Below are positions 6,888-14,847 of a stretch of DNA of 24,000 bases, in pieces; position 1 is the first letter of the stretch; the number at the start of each line of letters is the position of its first letter. The DNA lies in NCBI GenBank assembly GCA_034663635.1, contig JAXDJH010000020.1, forward strand, positions 35,215 to 59,214. The letters are read 5' to 3'. The position numbers and the translations under genes are program-made. The stretch comes from Actinomycetota bacterium. Lineage in GTDB: Bacteria; Actinomycetota; CADDZG01; WHSQ01. The notes below the pieces were generated by a model. The model was not told where the DNA came from. It worked only from the letters and a program-made list of their open reading frames with translations, and ran no database searches.

Positions 6888-7326
6888 GCCCGCGCGGCTC
6901 TCATCCAAGGGCCGCCGGATCCGGCTGATGGCGACGGCTCTCGTCGGCATCGCGCTGCTTCTGGGCGCGGCCTTCGGCAACGATGACAACTTCCCCTTTG
7001 GTCCGTTCCGGATGTACTCGACGACGAACGATCTCGACGGGACCGTCAATGCGGTGAGGTTCTATGCCGTCGATTCCGAGGGCCGAGAGCTCACTCCAAG
7101 GTCGCAAGACTTCGGATTGAGACCGGCCGAGGTGAATGGTCAGGTAGCCCGTTTCCGAGCCGATCCCGATCTGCTCGGTCGACTCGCCGAGGCCTACGTG
7201 AAGGCCCATCCCGACGCGGCACCTCTCCGCGAGCTGACTCTCGGATACGGGATCTGGACCTTGGAGGGCGGACGGCCGGTCGCCTACCGGGAGGAAAAGC
7301 TCGTCACGTGGAGGACGGAGGCATGA
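6859..7326 (+). CDS. Hypothetical small signal-anchored/secreted protein, translationally coupled to the downstream HTTM gene
   Basis: GC3-rich frame. A basic segment (SSKGRRIR) precedes the hydrophobic helix MATALVGIALLLGAAFG, followed by a soluble domain of roughly 115 aa. Start is either GTG 6859 (a GGGGGA SD-like tract 4 nt upstream, 29-nt overlap with the RTX gene) or ATG 6928. The stop overlaps the next start (ATGA at 7323-7326). Confidence 0.55.
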   Translation: MTTVSSTATEPARLSSKGRRIRLMATALVGIALLLGAAFGNDDNFPFGPFRMYSTTNDLDGTVNAVRFYAVDSEGRELTPRSQDFGLRPAEVNGQVARFRADPDLLGRLAEAYVKAHPDAAPLRELTLGYGIWTLEGGRPVAYREEKLVTWRTEA

Positions 7327-8189
7327 GCTCGGTTGGGGAGCGGCTGTCCGAGTGGTGGACGATGCCGATCGCGCGCGGCCGTCTCGCGGCGCTTCGGACG
7401 ATCCTGTATCTGTTCGTTTTCGTCGATGTGCTGGTGACCACCTCGTGGGTTGCTCGACACGCGCTGGTGCCGGGAGATCTCTACCAACCCCTGTTCTTAG
7501 CTCGCTTCTTAGGCCTCCCTGAACCTGAAGGCATGGCGGTAACCGCCATCGAGATCTTGCTCTTAGTCACTGCCGCGGTCGCTGCGAGTGGACGTTCGCC
7601 GCGCGTTGCGGGGGCCGCGGTCTTCGTCCTCTATCTCGTGTGGATGTTCATCGGCATGAGTTACGGCAAGGTCGACCACGACCGGTTCGCGTTCCTTGTC
7701 GCGCTGGCGGTTCTTCCCACAGCTCCGAAAGCTAGATGGGGCGATCAGACTCCGGATGAAGCCGCGGGCTGGGCGATCCGCTGCATCCAGGTATCGGTGG
7801 TCGCGACGTACTTCCTTGCCGCGTTCGCGAAGTTGAGGTTCGGGGGGCCGGGGTGGGTTAATGGAGCGACCTTGATGCGGGCAATCCTCCGGCGCGGAAC
7901 GTCCTTGGTCGAGTGGCTGAAGAGCTCACCTTGGGTCCTGAGGATCAGCCAGTACGGGATCGTGGCCTTCGAACTGTTGTCGCCCTTGATGTTGCGCCGC
8001 GACCGGATCGGAAAGGCTTTCGTGCTCGCGGCGTTCATGTTCCACATCGTCACGTACGCGTCCATAACGATCGTCTTCCTGCCACACGTGATGTGCTTAC
8101 TCGCATTCCTCCCGCTGGAACGCATCCCATCCCCTCTGGAAGCATTGAGACGACGTTCTTCAGGTTCGGCGGTCTTGACGGAATCTTGA
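7323..8189 (+). CDS. HTTM-domain polytopic membrane protein (vitamin K-dependent gamma-carboxylase-like / SdpB-like family)
   Basis: 288 aa with about 8 hydrophobic helices. The layout follows the HTTM pattern: an N-terminal R..LAALRTILYLFVFVDVL helix, YQPLFLARFLGLPEP, then a loop with YGKVDHDRFAFLVALAVLP, then W-containing AGWAIRCIQVSVVATYFLAAFAKLRFGGPGWVNGATL. Assigned by eye only. Confidence 0.6.
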   Translation: MSSVGERLSEWWTMPIARGRLAALRTILYLFVFVDVLVTTSWVARHALVPGDLYQPLFLARFLGLPEPEGMAVTAIEILLLVTAAVAASGRSPRVAGAAVFVLYLVWMFIGMSYGKVDHDRFAFLVALAVLPTAPKARWGDQTPDEAAGWAIRCIQVSVVATYFLAAFAKLRFGGPGWVNGATLMRAILRRGTSLVEWLKSSPWVLRISQYGIVAFELLSPLMLRRDRIGKAFVLAAFMFHIVTYASITIVFLPHVMCLLAFLPLERIPSPLEALRRRSSGSAVLTES

Positions 8190-8222
8190 CAACTCGCTGG
8201 CTACTTAGAACAGCGTGATGGC

Positions 8223-8228
8223 TAGCGT
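8223..8228 (+). promoter_or_regulatory. Candidate -10 box TAGCGT, 6 nt upstream of ATG 8235 (possible leaderless transcript)
   Basis: TANNNT match with no SD before the start codon. Confidence 0.3.
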
Positions 8229-8234
8229 TGGGGC

Positions 8235-8714
8235 ATGGCAATCGCAAGGGATCTCTCTTCAAGCGCGGTCATGGTGCGAGCGACCGAACGGATGGGCTTC
8301 GTCGACCTGACGGAGGAACTCGTCGATGCAGTCACGTGGTCGGGCATCGAGGACGGCTTCTGCCTGGCCTTCTCCACGCACACGACCTGCGCTCTCGTGG
8401 TGAACGAGTGGGAGGACGGAGCACGCGAGGACTTCGTCGCGCGGCTCCGAACTCTCGTTCCCCAAGAGACTTACTACGCCCACGATGATCTCAGCCGGCG
8501 TACTCAGAACCTCGTCGAGGACGAGCGGAGCAACGGGTGGTCTCATGTGGTGGCGATGCTGATGGGTGGCTCGTCTCAGGTGATCCCCGTTGTCGACGGT
8601 CGTCCGGCCCTCGGGCGCTGGCAACGCCTGATCCTCGTCGAACTCGACGAGCCTAAGGATCGAACGGTGCTGTTCCAAGCCTTTGGCTCGGGACCGTCCC
8701 TACACTTGAGCTAG
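8235..8714 (+). CDS. yjbQ: YjbQ/UPF0047 family protein (secondary thiamine-phosphate synthase-like)
   Basis: Family-typical blocks: FVDLTEEL, HTTCALVVNEWEDG, NGWSHVVAMLMGGSSQVIPVVDGRPALGRWQRLILVELD. Confidence 0.8.
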   Translation: MAIARDLSSSAVMVRATERMGFVDLTEELVDAVTWSGIEDGFCLAFSTHTTCALVVNEWEDGAREDFVARLRTLVPQETYYAHDDLSRRTQNLVEDERSNGWSHVVAMLMGGSSQVIPVVDGRPALGRWQRLILVELDEPKDRTVLFQAFGSGPSLHLS

Positions 8715-9391
8715 TGAAACAGCGCTCGGTTGCCGTGATAGAGGACGAGGCCACGATCGCGTCGTCGATCGCCGCCCGGCTTCGCAAGGAGGGCTTCTCA
8801 GTTGAGATCGCCGTCGACGGGCCGAAGGGCGTCGAGCTCAGCGACCGGATGAAGCCGGATCTCGTCATCCTCGATCTGATGCTTCCGGGACTCGACGGCC
8901 TCGAGGTGTGCAGACGCATCCAGCGTGAGCGCCCGGTGCCGGTTCTCATGCTCACCGCCCGAGACAGCGAGACCGACATGCTCGTTGGGCTCGGCATGGG
9001 GGCCGACGATTACATGACCAAGCCGTTCTCGCTCCGTGAGCTTGTGGCGCGCGTCCACGTCCTGCTCCGCCGCGTTGATCGTGCGCCGAATCCACCGGGT
9101 GCCCCGATACGGATCGAGGAGGTCGAGATCGATCCCGGCCGCCGTCAGGTGTCCAAGAAGGGCGAGGTCATCCACCTAACGCCGATCGAGTTCGACCTCC
9201 TCTACAAACTCGCGTCGAGGCCGGGCATCGTCTACTCGCGCGAGCAACTCCTCGGCGAGGTCTGGGGCTACCGAGATGACTCGAGCGCACGCACGGTCGA
9301 CACGCACGTTGGATCGCTTCGGCGGAAACTCGGCTCCGATCTGATCCGGACCTCTCACGGCGTGGGGTACGCGTTCCGCTCAAACCGATGA
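8714..9391 (+). CDS. OmpR/PhoB-family response regulator (REC + winged-helix DNA-binding domain)
   Basis: GTG 8714 overlaps the yjbQ stop (TAGTG). Receiver blocks: VAVIEDE, DLVILDLMLPGLDG, LMLTARD, ADDYMTKPF. Winged-helix blocks: LTPIEFDLLYKLA...REQLL..VWG....RTVDTHVGSLRRKL. Confidence 0.9.
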   Translation: MKQRSVAVIEDEATIASSIAARLRKEGFSVEIAVDGPKGVELSDRMKPDLVILDLMLPGLDGLEVCRRIQRERPVPVLMLTARDSETDMLVGLGMGADDYMTKPFSLRELVARVHVLLRRVDRAPNPPGAPIRIEEVEIDPGRRQVSKKGEVIHLTPIEFDLLYKLASRPGIVYSREQLLGEVWGYRDDSSARTVDTHVGSLRRKLGSDLIRTSHGVGYAFRSNR

Positions 9392-10389
9392 GGCCGCTGG
9401 ACCCACTGTCGTCGATCAAGACCAAGCTGGGCGTCTTGATCGTGTCGGCCGTCGGAGTGACTGTCGTTGCGATCGTGATCGGCGTGCGGATCGGCTCGCC
9501 CAAATGGTTGACCGGAGGGCTGGCCGCGATCCTCGCTCTAGGCATGGTGCAGTTCCTCGCGAGAGGGATGACATCGCCGCTGCGTGAGATGGCGGCGGCC
9601 GCTCGAGACATGGCCCGTGGCGACTACACGAGGCGTGTGAGCGCTTCCTCTCGAGATGAAGTCGGAGAGCTCGGGCGCGCTTTCAACAAGATGGCCGCGG
9701 ATCTCGCCGAGGTCGACCGGATGCGCAAGGACCTCGTCGCGAACGTCTCGCACGAGCTCCGCACGCCGATCAGCGCCCTACAGGCGGTGCTCGAGAACAT
9801 GATCGACGGCGTCGAACCACCCGATCCCGCGACGCTGCAAACGATGCTGACGCAGGTGGAGAGACTCGGTCGGCTCGTCTCTCAGCTCCTCGACCTATCG
9901 CGCCTCGAGTCCGGCGCGATCCCAATCGACGTTCGCCCGTTCGAAGTGGGGACTCTTCTCGAGCAAGCGGCCGCGGAGTTCAAGCTCGGCTCCCAGCGCG
10001 CCTCCGACAAGAACGTCCGTCTCGATGTGATCCTGCCGGAGGCAGGTCTGACTGCAACCGGAGACGCGGAGCGCGTTCATCAGGTCGTCGCCAATCTCCT
10101 CGATAACGCGGTCAGGCATTCGCCCGAAGGGGGAGTGGTCGGCTTAACCGCGACGGAAGACGACGGAGGCGTGCGCATCGAGGTGCGTGACGAGGGGCCC
10201 GGGATCCCAGAAGGCGAAAGGGAACGGATCTTCGAGCGTTTCTATCGGTCCGACAGCGCGCGGGCCGGTGGGGGCTCCGGGCTGGGCCTCGCTATCGCTC
10301 GTTGGATCGTCGATATGCATGGAGGCGAGATCAAGGCCGAGAACGCCGATCCCAGTGGCTGCCGGGTGGTCGTCCGCTTGCCCCGCTAG
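9388..10389 (+). CDS. Sensor histidine kinase (two TM helices with a roughly 7-residue external loop, HAMP, HisKA, HATPase_c)
   Basis: ATGA overlap with the regulator gene. H-box SHELRTPISAL, N-box LLDNAVRHSP, G1 VRDEGPGIP, G2 GGSGLGLAIARWIV. Confidence 0.9.
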   Translation: MRPLDPLSSIKTKLGVLIVSAVGVTVVAIVIGVRIGSPKWLTGGLAAILALGMVQFLARGMTSPLREMAAAARDMARGDYTRRVSASSRDEVGELGRAFNKMAADLAEVDRMRKDLVANVSHELRTPISALQAVLENMIDGVEPPDPATLQTMLTQVERLGRLVSQLLDLSRLESGAIPIDVRPFEVGTLLEQAAAEFKLGSQRASDKNVRLDVILPEAGLTATGDAERVHQVVANLLDNAVRHSPEGGVVGLTATEDDGGVRIEVRDEGPGIPEGERERIFERFYRSDSARAGGGSGLGLAIARWIVDMHGGEIKAENADPSGCRVVVRLPR

Positions 10390-11402
10390 CGCGAGCGAAA
10401 GATCAGTTTCATCTCGGTCGCATCCAGCGTGCAAGGAAGACCGACAGGCATCGTCAACATCGGGTCTGTGTGACCACAGTCGATGTTGGCGAGGACGGGG
10501 ATGCCGGCGACCTCGGTCCTGTATCGCACGACATCCCAGAGGACCGACACGTTCTCCCTTGGGTATTCCGCGGGGCGGGCGATCGTGAGACCCGCGATCG
10601 CATCGAACACACCGAGGTTGTCTAGGTCGCTGAGGTACGCGTCGACGTGCTCGGGCGATGGTCCCTCCTCGGAGGTCTCTAGATGCAGGATGGCGCCCTC
10701 GAGATCGAGCCACTCGGTCGATCCCTTCAGGTGCCAGACGATCGTCTCGAGACAGCCGGCGACGAGCGGACCCGTAGCCCGGCCCCCGCGGATCGCGACC
10801 CATCCCTCGCCGGGAATGAGCGTGCGCGCCCGCTCCAGATCGGCCTGCGTATCCCAGTCGAGGAACTCATCGGTCCATTCCTGAGCCGCGTCCGGTTCGA
10901 TCGGTCCGTCGTCGAACCACGCGGCCTTCAGATACCGATCGGTGTAGTCCAGAACCTTGGGGTACTCGGCTATCCCCGTGGTGAGGGCCGTCCCATAGAA
11001 AGAGGCCAGACCGGCGTGCTTCAGAAGGGCCCATTGAAGAACCGTGTTGTCGGAATAGCCCTGGAACCATTTCGGATGAGCGCGGATCAGGTCGTAGTCG
11101 AGATGAGGAATCATCTGGTTCGAGTGGTTACCGCCGATCGACGCGAGGACCAAAGTGACCTCGTCGTCCACGAAGGCCGCGTGGATGTCCGCCGCCCTCT
11201 CGGCCCCGGATCCCGAAGTCCATCGGCCGTCGTCGCCGCGGGCATTCGGCATCAGCTTCACTCGAAGACCCAGCGACTCGAGGTACGCGACTCCGCGCTC
11301 CATCCGATGCGGATGACGCGCCGGCGCGGGATAGGAAGGAGTGGCGATCGCGACGGTGTCTCCAGCCTGCAGCGGCGGGGGAACGATGGGTTGGAGGGCC
11401 AT
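10386..11402 (-). CDS. S66 family LD-carboxypeptidase (MccF-like)
   Basis: 338 aa. GDTVAIATPS at the N-terminus, the nucleophile block FQGYSDNT, and a C-terminal CGHTDPMLTMPVG His block. Confidence 0.8.
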   Translation of the reverse strand: MALQPIVPPPLQAGDTVAIATPSYPAPARHPHRMERGVAYLESLGLRVKLMPNARGDDGRWTSGSGAERAADIHAAFVDDEVTLVLASIGGNHSNQMIPHLDYDLIRAHPKWFQGYSDNTVLQWALLKHAGLASFYGTALTTGIAEYPKVLDYTDRYLKAAWFDDGPIEPDAAQEWTDEFLDWDTQADLERARTLIPGEGWVAIRGGRATGPLVAGCLETIVWHLKGSTEWLDLEGAILHLETSEEGPSPEHVDAYLSDLDNLGVFDAIAGLTIARPAEYPRENVSVLWDVVRYRTEVAGIPVLANIDCGHTDPMLTMPVGLPCTLDATEMKLIFRSR

Positions 11403-11450
11403 GAAGCGGGCAGACTACGTCCGAGATGAACCATCCAAGGAGGGGCGAAG

Positions 11451-11603
11451 ATGACCGACACCGAGAAGAACGAGACCGAAAGCACCGACGGCCCGGGCGG
11501 CGTGACCATCGACGAGCCAACCGATCCCGCCTTGACGGGAACGGACTCGGACGACTTCGGTGAGGAAGCTCCGGAACCGGGAGTCGGGTCGGACGATTCC
11601 TAG
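11451..11603 (+). CDS. Candidate small acidic protein (50 aa: MTDTEKNETESTDGPGGVTIDEPTDPALTGTDSDDFGEEAPEPGVGSDDS)
   Basis: It is not in the ORF track because it is under 60 aa. A strong SD (AAGGAGG, 11437-11443) lies 7 nt upstream of the ATG. Codons are GC3-rich. It fills an otherwise empty gap. Confidence 0.4.
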   Translation: MTDTEKNETESTDGPGGVTIDEPTDPALTGTDSDDFGEEAPEPGVGSDDS

Positions 11604-13552
11604 AGGGGCCAGCGCGGCGTCGTCAAAGTGAGCCACCTCGGGATCTGGTCGGCGGGCATCGGACGACTTTTGTAGAACCCCTGCGCGTAGTCACACCCGA
11701 GTAGCTCGAGCTGACGCCAGACGGCCGCCGTCTCGACCCCTTCGGCGACGACCCGAAGCCCGAGGTTTCGGCCCAGGTCGATCGTGGATCGCACGATCAC
11801 GGCGTCGCTCTCGTCGACATCCATGTTCATCACGAATGACTTGTCGATCTTGAGTTCCTTGACTGGAAGCTTTCGCAGATGTCCGAGGGACGAGTAGCCC
11901 GTTCCGAAGTCGTCGATAGCCATATCGACGCGCATCTGAGACAGGCGAGCCAGGATGCTCATCGCCCTGATGGGATCGTGCACCAGCGTGCTCTCGGTGA
12001 TCTCGAGTTGCAGACAGCCCGGCGGGAGACGCCACTTGCGCAGCAGGCGCTCGACGTGATCTGGGAAATGAAGATCGAGGAGGTTACGCGGCGACATGTT
12101 CACCGCGACGGTCAGATCGATCCCCTGATCCCTCCAGGCAGCCACCTGGCGGAGGGACTTGTCGAGCACGTACATCGTCAGTGGTTCGATCAACCCGGTG
12201 TGCTCGGCGATCGGGATGAATTCTGCCGGCGGGAGCACGCCTCGCATCGGGTGGTCCCAACGAACGAGCGCTTCGACCACGATGGCTTGACCGGTTTTCA
12301 GATCCACCTTGGGCTGGTAGTGGAGGATGAACTCCTCGTCATCGATCGCCCGGCGGAGCTCCGCGACGAGCGCGAGGCGGGACGGCGAGTACTGGTCGCG
12401 CTCGGCCGTGTAGATCTCGCATCCCGTGCCTGCCGCTTTTGCGAGGTACATCGCGACGTCGGCTCGTTGTAGGAGCAGGTCGACGTCTTTGCCGTGGCCG
12501 GGGAAGAACGAGATACCGATGCTCACTCTCACATCGAGGGCCATGCCCTCGACCACGAATGGATGATGGAAGGCCTCGCGGATCTTCTCGGCGACATTGA
12601 GGGCCGCTACAGGGTCCGGGATATTGGGCAGAAGGATCGCGAACTCATCGCCACCGAGTCGGGCGACCGTGTCCGTTTCACGCAGAGCTTGTTCGAGCCG
12701 TCTCGCGATCTGTTGAAGGACGAGATCGCCTTTGTGATGCCCGAGCGTGTCGTTGATCTCCTTGAATCTGTCGAGGTCCATGAGCATCACGCCCGCGATG
12801 AGGTCCTCGCGCTCGGCCACGAGCAGTGCCTGATGAACACGGTCGTGGAACAGTCCGCGGTTGGCAAGACCGGTCAGGACGTCGTGGAAGGCTTGATACG
12901 CGTTGTAGTCGGCCTGCGTCCGAAGTTTGCGCGATGCGTCGGCCACGATCCGGAACACCGCGAGGTAGAGCAGGAAAAGGCCACCGATAACGACGAGCAT
13001 CAGTTGGCGCGAATCGGTCCGGATTGCCCCGGCCAGCGGTTCGTAGGGGAGCGAGATCTCGACCACGCCCGAGGGCGCCGACCCCGGATCGAAGCGAAGT
13101 GGGACGAAGACGTTGAGGACCTCCATAGCGGTGTCCCCACTGCCCGTCCAGCCGGTGATGGCTTGTGACTCGCCGGCAAGCGCCCCTTCGAGTGAGGGCT
13201 CGTTTTCGGCCCTTTGACCGATGAGAGATGAGTCGCCGGAGTAAACGACCTTGAAGTTGCGGTTCATGATCTTGTAATCCGCCACGGAACCCTCGATCAG
13301 GGTTTCGCCTCGGAGGGCCTCTTCGAGAGCTCGGGATTCGCTGCTAGACAGCCCGGACTCGAGGTTCCCTTCGGTGATGTGGGGTTGGATGCCGAGTTGC
13401 GCGCCCACTTCGACGCTTTGCTTCGCGCTGGCGATCGCGCGCTCACGGATGAAGGTATTGAGGATGTGGTTCAGCACCAGCCCCAGCAGCAGCATGGGGA
13501 CGGCGCTCATCAGACCGAATTTCGCCAGAAGGCTAAGTTTTCGCACGATCAC
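11600..13552 (-). CDS. Membrane-bound GGDEF-EAL protein (diguanylate cyclase/phosphodiesterase) with a periplasmic sensor domain between two TM helices
   Basis: GGDEF domain with intact RLGGDEF and an RxxD (RETD) 5 residues upstream. EAL domain with EALVRW, QLEITES, DDFGTGYSSL, ELKIDKSF, VAEGVET, QGFY. Confidence 0.9.
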   Translation of the reverse strand: MIVRKLSLLAKFGLMSAVPMLLLGLVLNHILNTFIRERAIASAKQSVEVGAQLGIQPHITEGNLESGLSSSESRALEEALRGETLIEGSVADYKIMNRNFKVVYSGDSSLIGQRAENEPSLEGALAGESQAITGWTGSGDTAMEVLNVFVPLRFDPGSAPSGVVEISLPYEPLAGAIRTDSRQLMLVVIGGLFLLYLAVFRIVADASRKLRTQADYNAYQAFHDVLTGLANRGLFHDRVHQALLVAEREDLIAGVMLMDLDRFKEINDTLGHHKGDLVLQQIARRLEQALRETDTVARLGGDEFAILLPNIPDPVAALNVAEKIREAFHHPFVVEGMALDVRVSIGISFFPGHGKDVDLLLQRADVAMYLAKAAGTGCEIYTAERDQYSPSRLALVAELRRAIDDEEFILHYQPKVDLKTGQAIVVEALVRWDHPMRGVLPPAEFIPIAEHTGLIEPLTMYVLDKSLRQVAAWRDQGIDLTVAVNMSPRNLLDLHFPDHVERLLRKWRLPPGCLQLEITESTLVHDPIRAMSILARLSQMRVDMAIDDFGTGYSSLGHLRKLPVKELKIDKSFVMNMDVDESDAVIVRSTIDLGRNLGLRVVAEGVETAAVWRQLELLGCDYAQGFYKSRPMPADQIPRWLTLTTPRWPL

Positions 13553-13611
13553 ATTCAGGTTAGGGCACGTCGCCGTCTCTGCCCATGCGTAGTTTCAGTC
13601 TTTCTGCCTGG

Positions 13612-14847
13612 TTATACCGGGCTATTACCGGACAAATCTGATGAGGAGGACCGGACGTTGAGCAGAGCGAGAACCCCGATGACTGCAACGATCAGGTTGC
13701 GTGCCAGCAGAACCATGAGACCCGGCAGATTGCCGGTTCGGGTGCCTCCTTCGAACAACGGCTGGATCACTTCGCCGATCGTGTACGGGAAGACGATCTG
13801 CGTGAGACCTGCAACGACGAGCACGAGCAGAAGCGGGATCAATGCTCGGGTCGAGCGCGGCCAGCAAGCAGCTACGGCGGCCAGCGCGACCAGCCAGATC
13901 CCGTACTGGGGCGAAAACACGGTGCCGAAGAACATGAGCAGGGCCAGGATCCCGTAGAGCCCAAGCGCGAGCGTCGGAACGTCGTCACGTTCGATCTTCC
14001 GGTGCACGAGGAACGTGCCCGCCACCAAGGCGATCAGAGAGCCGCTCAGCGCGAGGTTCTTAAGGAGCGAACCGGCAGTCGAGATCACCTCGTACGCGCC
14101 AAATCTGATCGTGACGAATATCGCATAGCCGAAGCGACTCGCCAGCAGCAGGAAGCCTCCCCACGTGCTCTCGATCTGGATGCCGCGCAAGCCGTGGTAC
14201 TGAACTACATCGCGCATCAGGTCTGGACCCGCCCCCGTGATGAAGATCGGGATCACAAGGGCCGCGACTATCGCCACGCATCCGAGCGCGAACGATCGCT
14301 TGCGCGGCGAAGCGACGAAGGTCGCCGGGATAAGGAACGCGGGGTAGACCTTCGCGGCCGCTCCGAAACCAAGGAGGGCGCCGGCGGCCGACCACGCTCC
14401 GACCGAAGCACGTTCCACGGCCCAGATCGTCGCGACCGCCGGAAGGAGATCGAGGCGCAGGTAGATGATCGGACCGAGCAGTAGACCGCCGAGGATCCAT
14501 AGGGCGGGGCCGATCCATGAGCCGTATCGATGAGCGAGGACGATCACTCCCGCGAACCCGATCAGGTCGACGACGGTCATCAGCCAGACGAACCGGTCCC
14601 GGTAGGTGTCGCCGGCGAAGCCCAGGACCTTGGGGGCCGCGATGAAAGGGAGAGACCCCGGCGGGTACTCGATCTCGATGTCCTTATAGGCGCGCTTGTC
14701 TCCGTCGATTAGGTCGTTCGCCCACGATTCGTATTTCCCGACATCACCCGAGGTCGCGATATTGATCGGGCGGAATGCAGCGGCTGTTGTGAAGATGCGG
14801 CAGGCGATGAATGCGATGCCCAGGATGACGAGCGTGCGTCGACTCAC
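13612..14847 (-). CDS. Polytopic membrane glycosyltransferase-like protein (GT87 / DUF2029, PimE-like GT-C fold)
   Basis: About 10-11 TM helices. It has an early loop IEYPPGSLPFIAAP typical of DUF2029/GT87. I placed the start at GTG 14847 because it forms a GTGA overlap with the ligase stop and gives a basic N-terminus (VSRRTLV) before TM1. Alternatives are ATG 14889 and the track start at 14979. Confidence 0.6.
   Translation of the reverse strand: MSRRTLVILGIAFIACRIFTTAAAFRPINIATSGDVGKYESWANDLIDGDKRAYKDIEIEYPPGSLPFIAAPKVLGFAGDTYRDRFVWLMTVVDLIGFAGVIVLAHRYGSWIGPALWILGGLLLGPIIYLRLDLLPAVATIWAVERASVGAWSAAGALLGFGAAAKVYPAFLIPATFVASPRKRSFALGCVAIVAALVIPIFITGAGPDLMRDVVQYHGLRGIQIESTWGGFLLLASRFGYAIFVTIRFGAYEVISTAGSLLKNLALSGSLIALVAGTFLVHRKIERDDVPTLALGLYGILALLMFFGTVFSPQYGIWLVALAAVAACWPRSTRALIPLLLVLVVAGLTQIVFPYTIGEVIQPLFEGGTRTGNLPGLMVLLARNLIVAVIGVLALLNVRSSSSDLSGNSPV

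Noticed and set aside
8174-8224. Duplicated TCTTGAC (8174-8180, 8185-8191) and TGGCTA (8198-8203, 8219-8224) motifs upstream of yjbQ as a -35 element or operator
   Set aside because: No -10 hexamer sits at a workable 16-19 nt spacing from either TTGAC. The first copy is still inside the HTTM coding region. These are short repeats that could be chance.
10144-11429. ORFs 10144..10803 (-), 10187..10588 (+), 10483..10884 (+) and 10683..11429 (+)
   Set aside because: They overlap the S66 peptidase gene, which has clear catalytic blocks. They carry no motifs and have shadow-frame composition.
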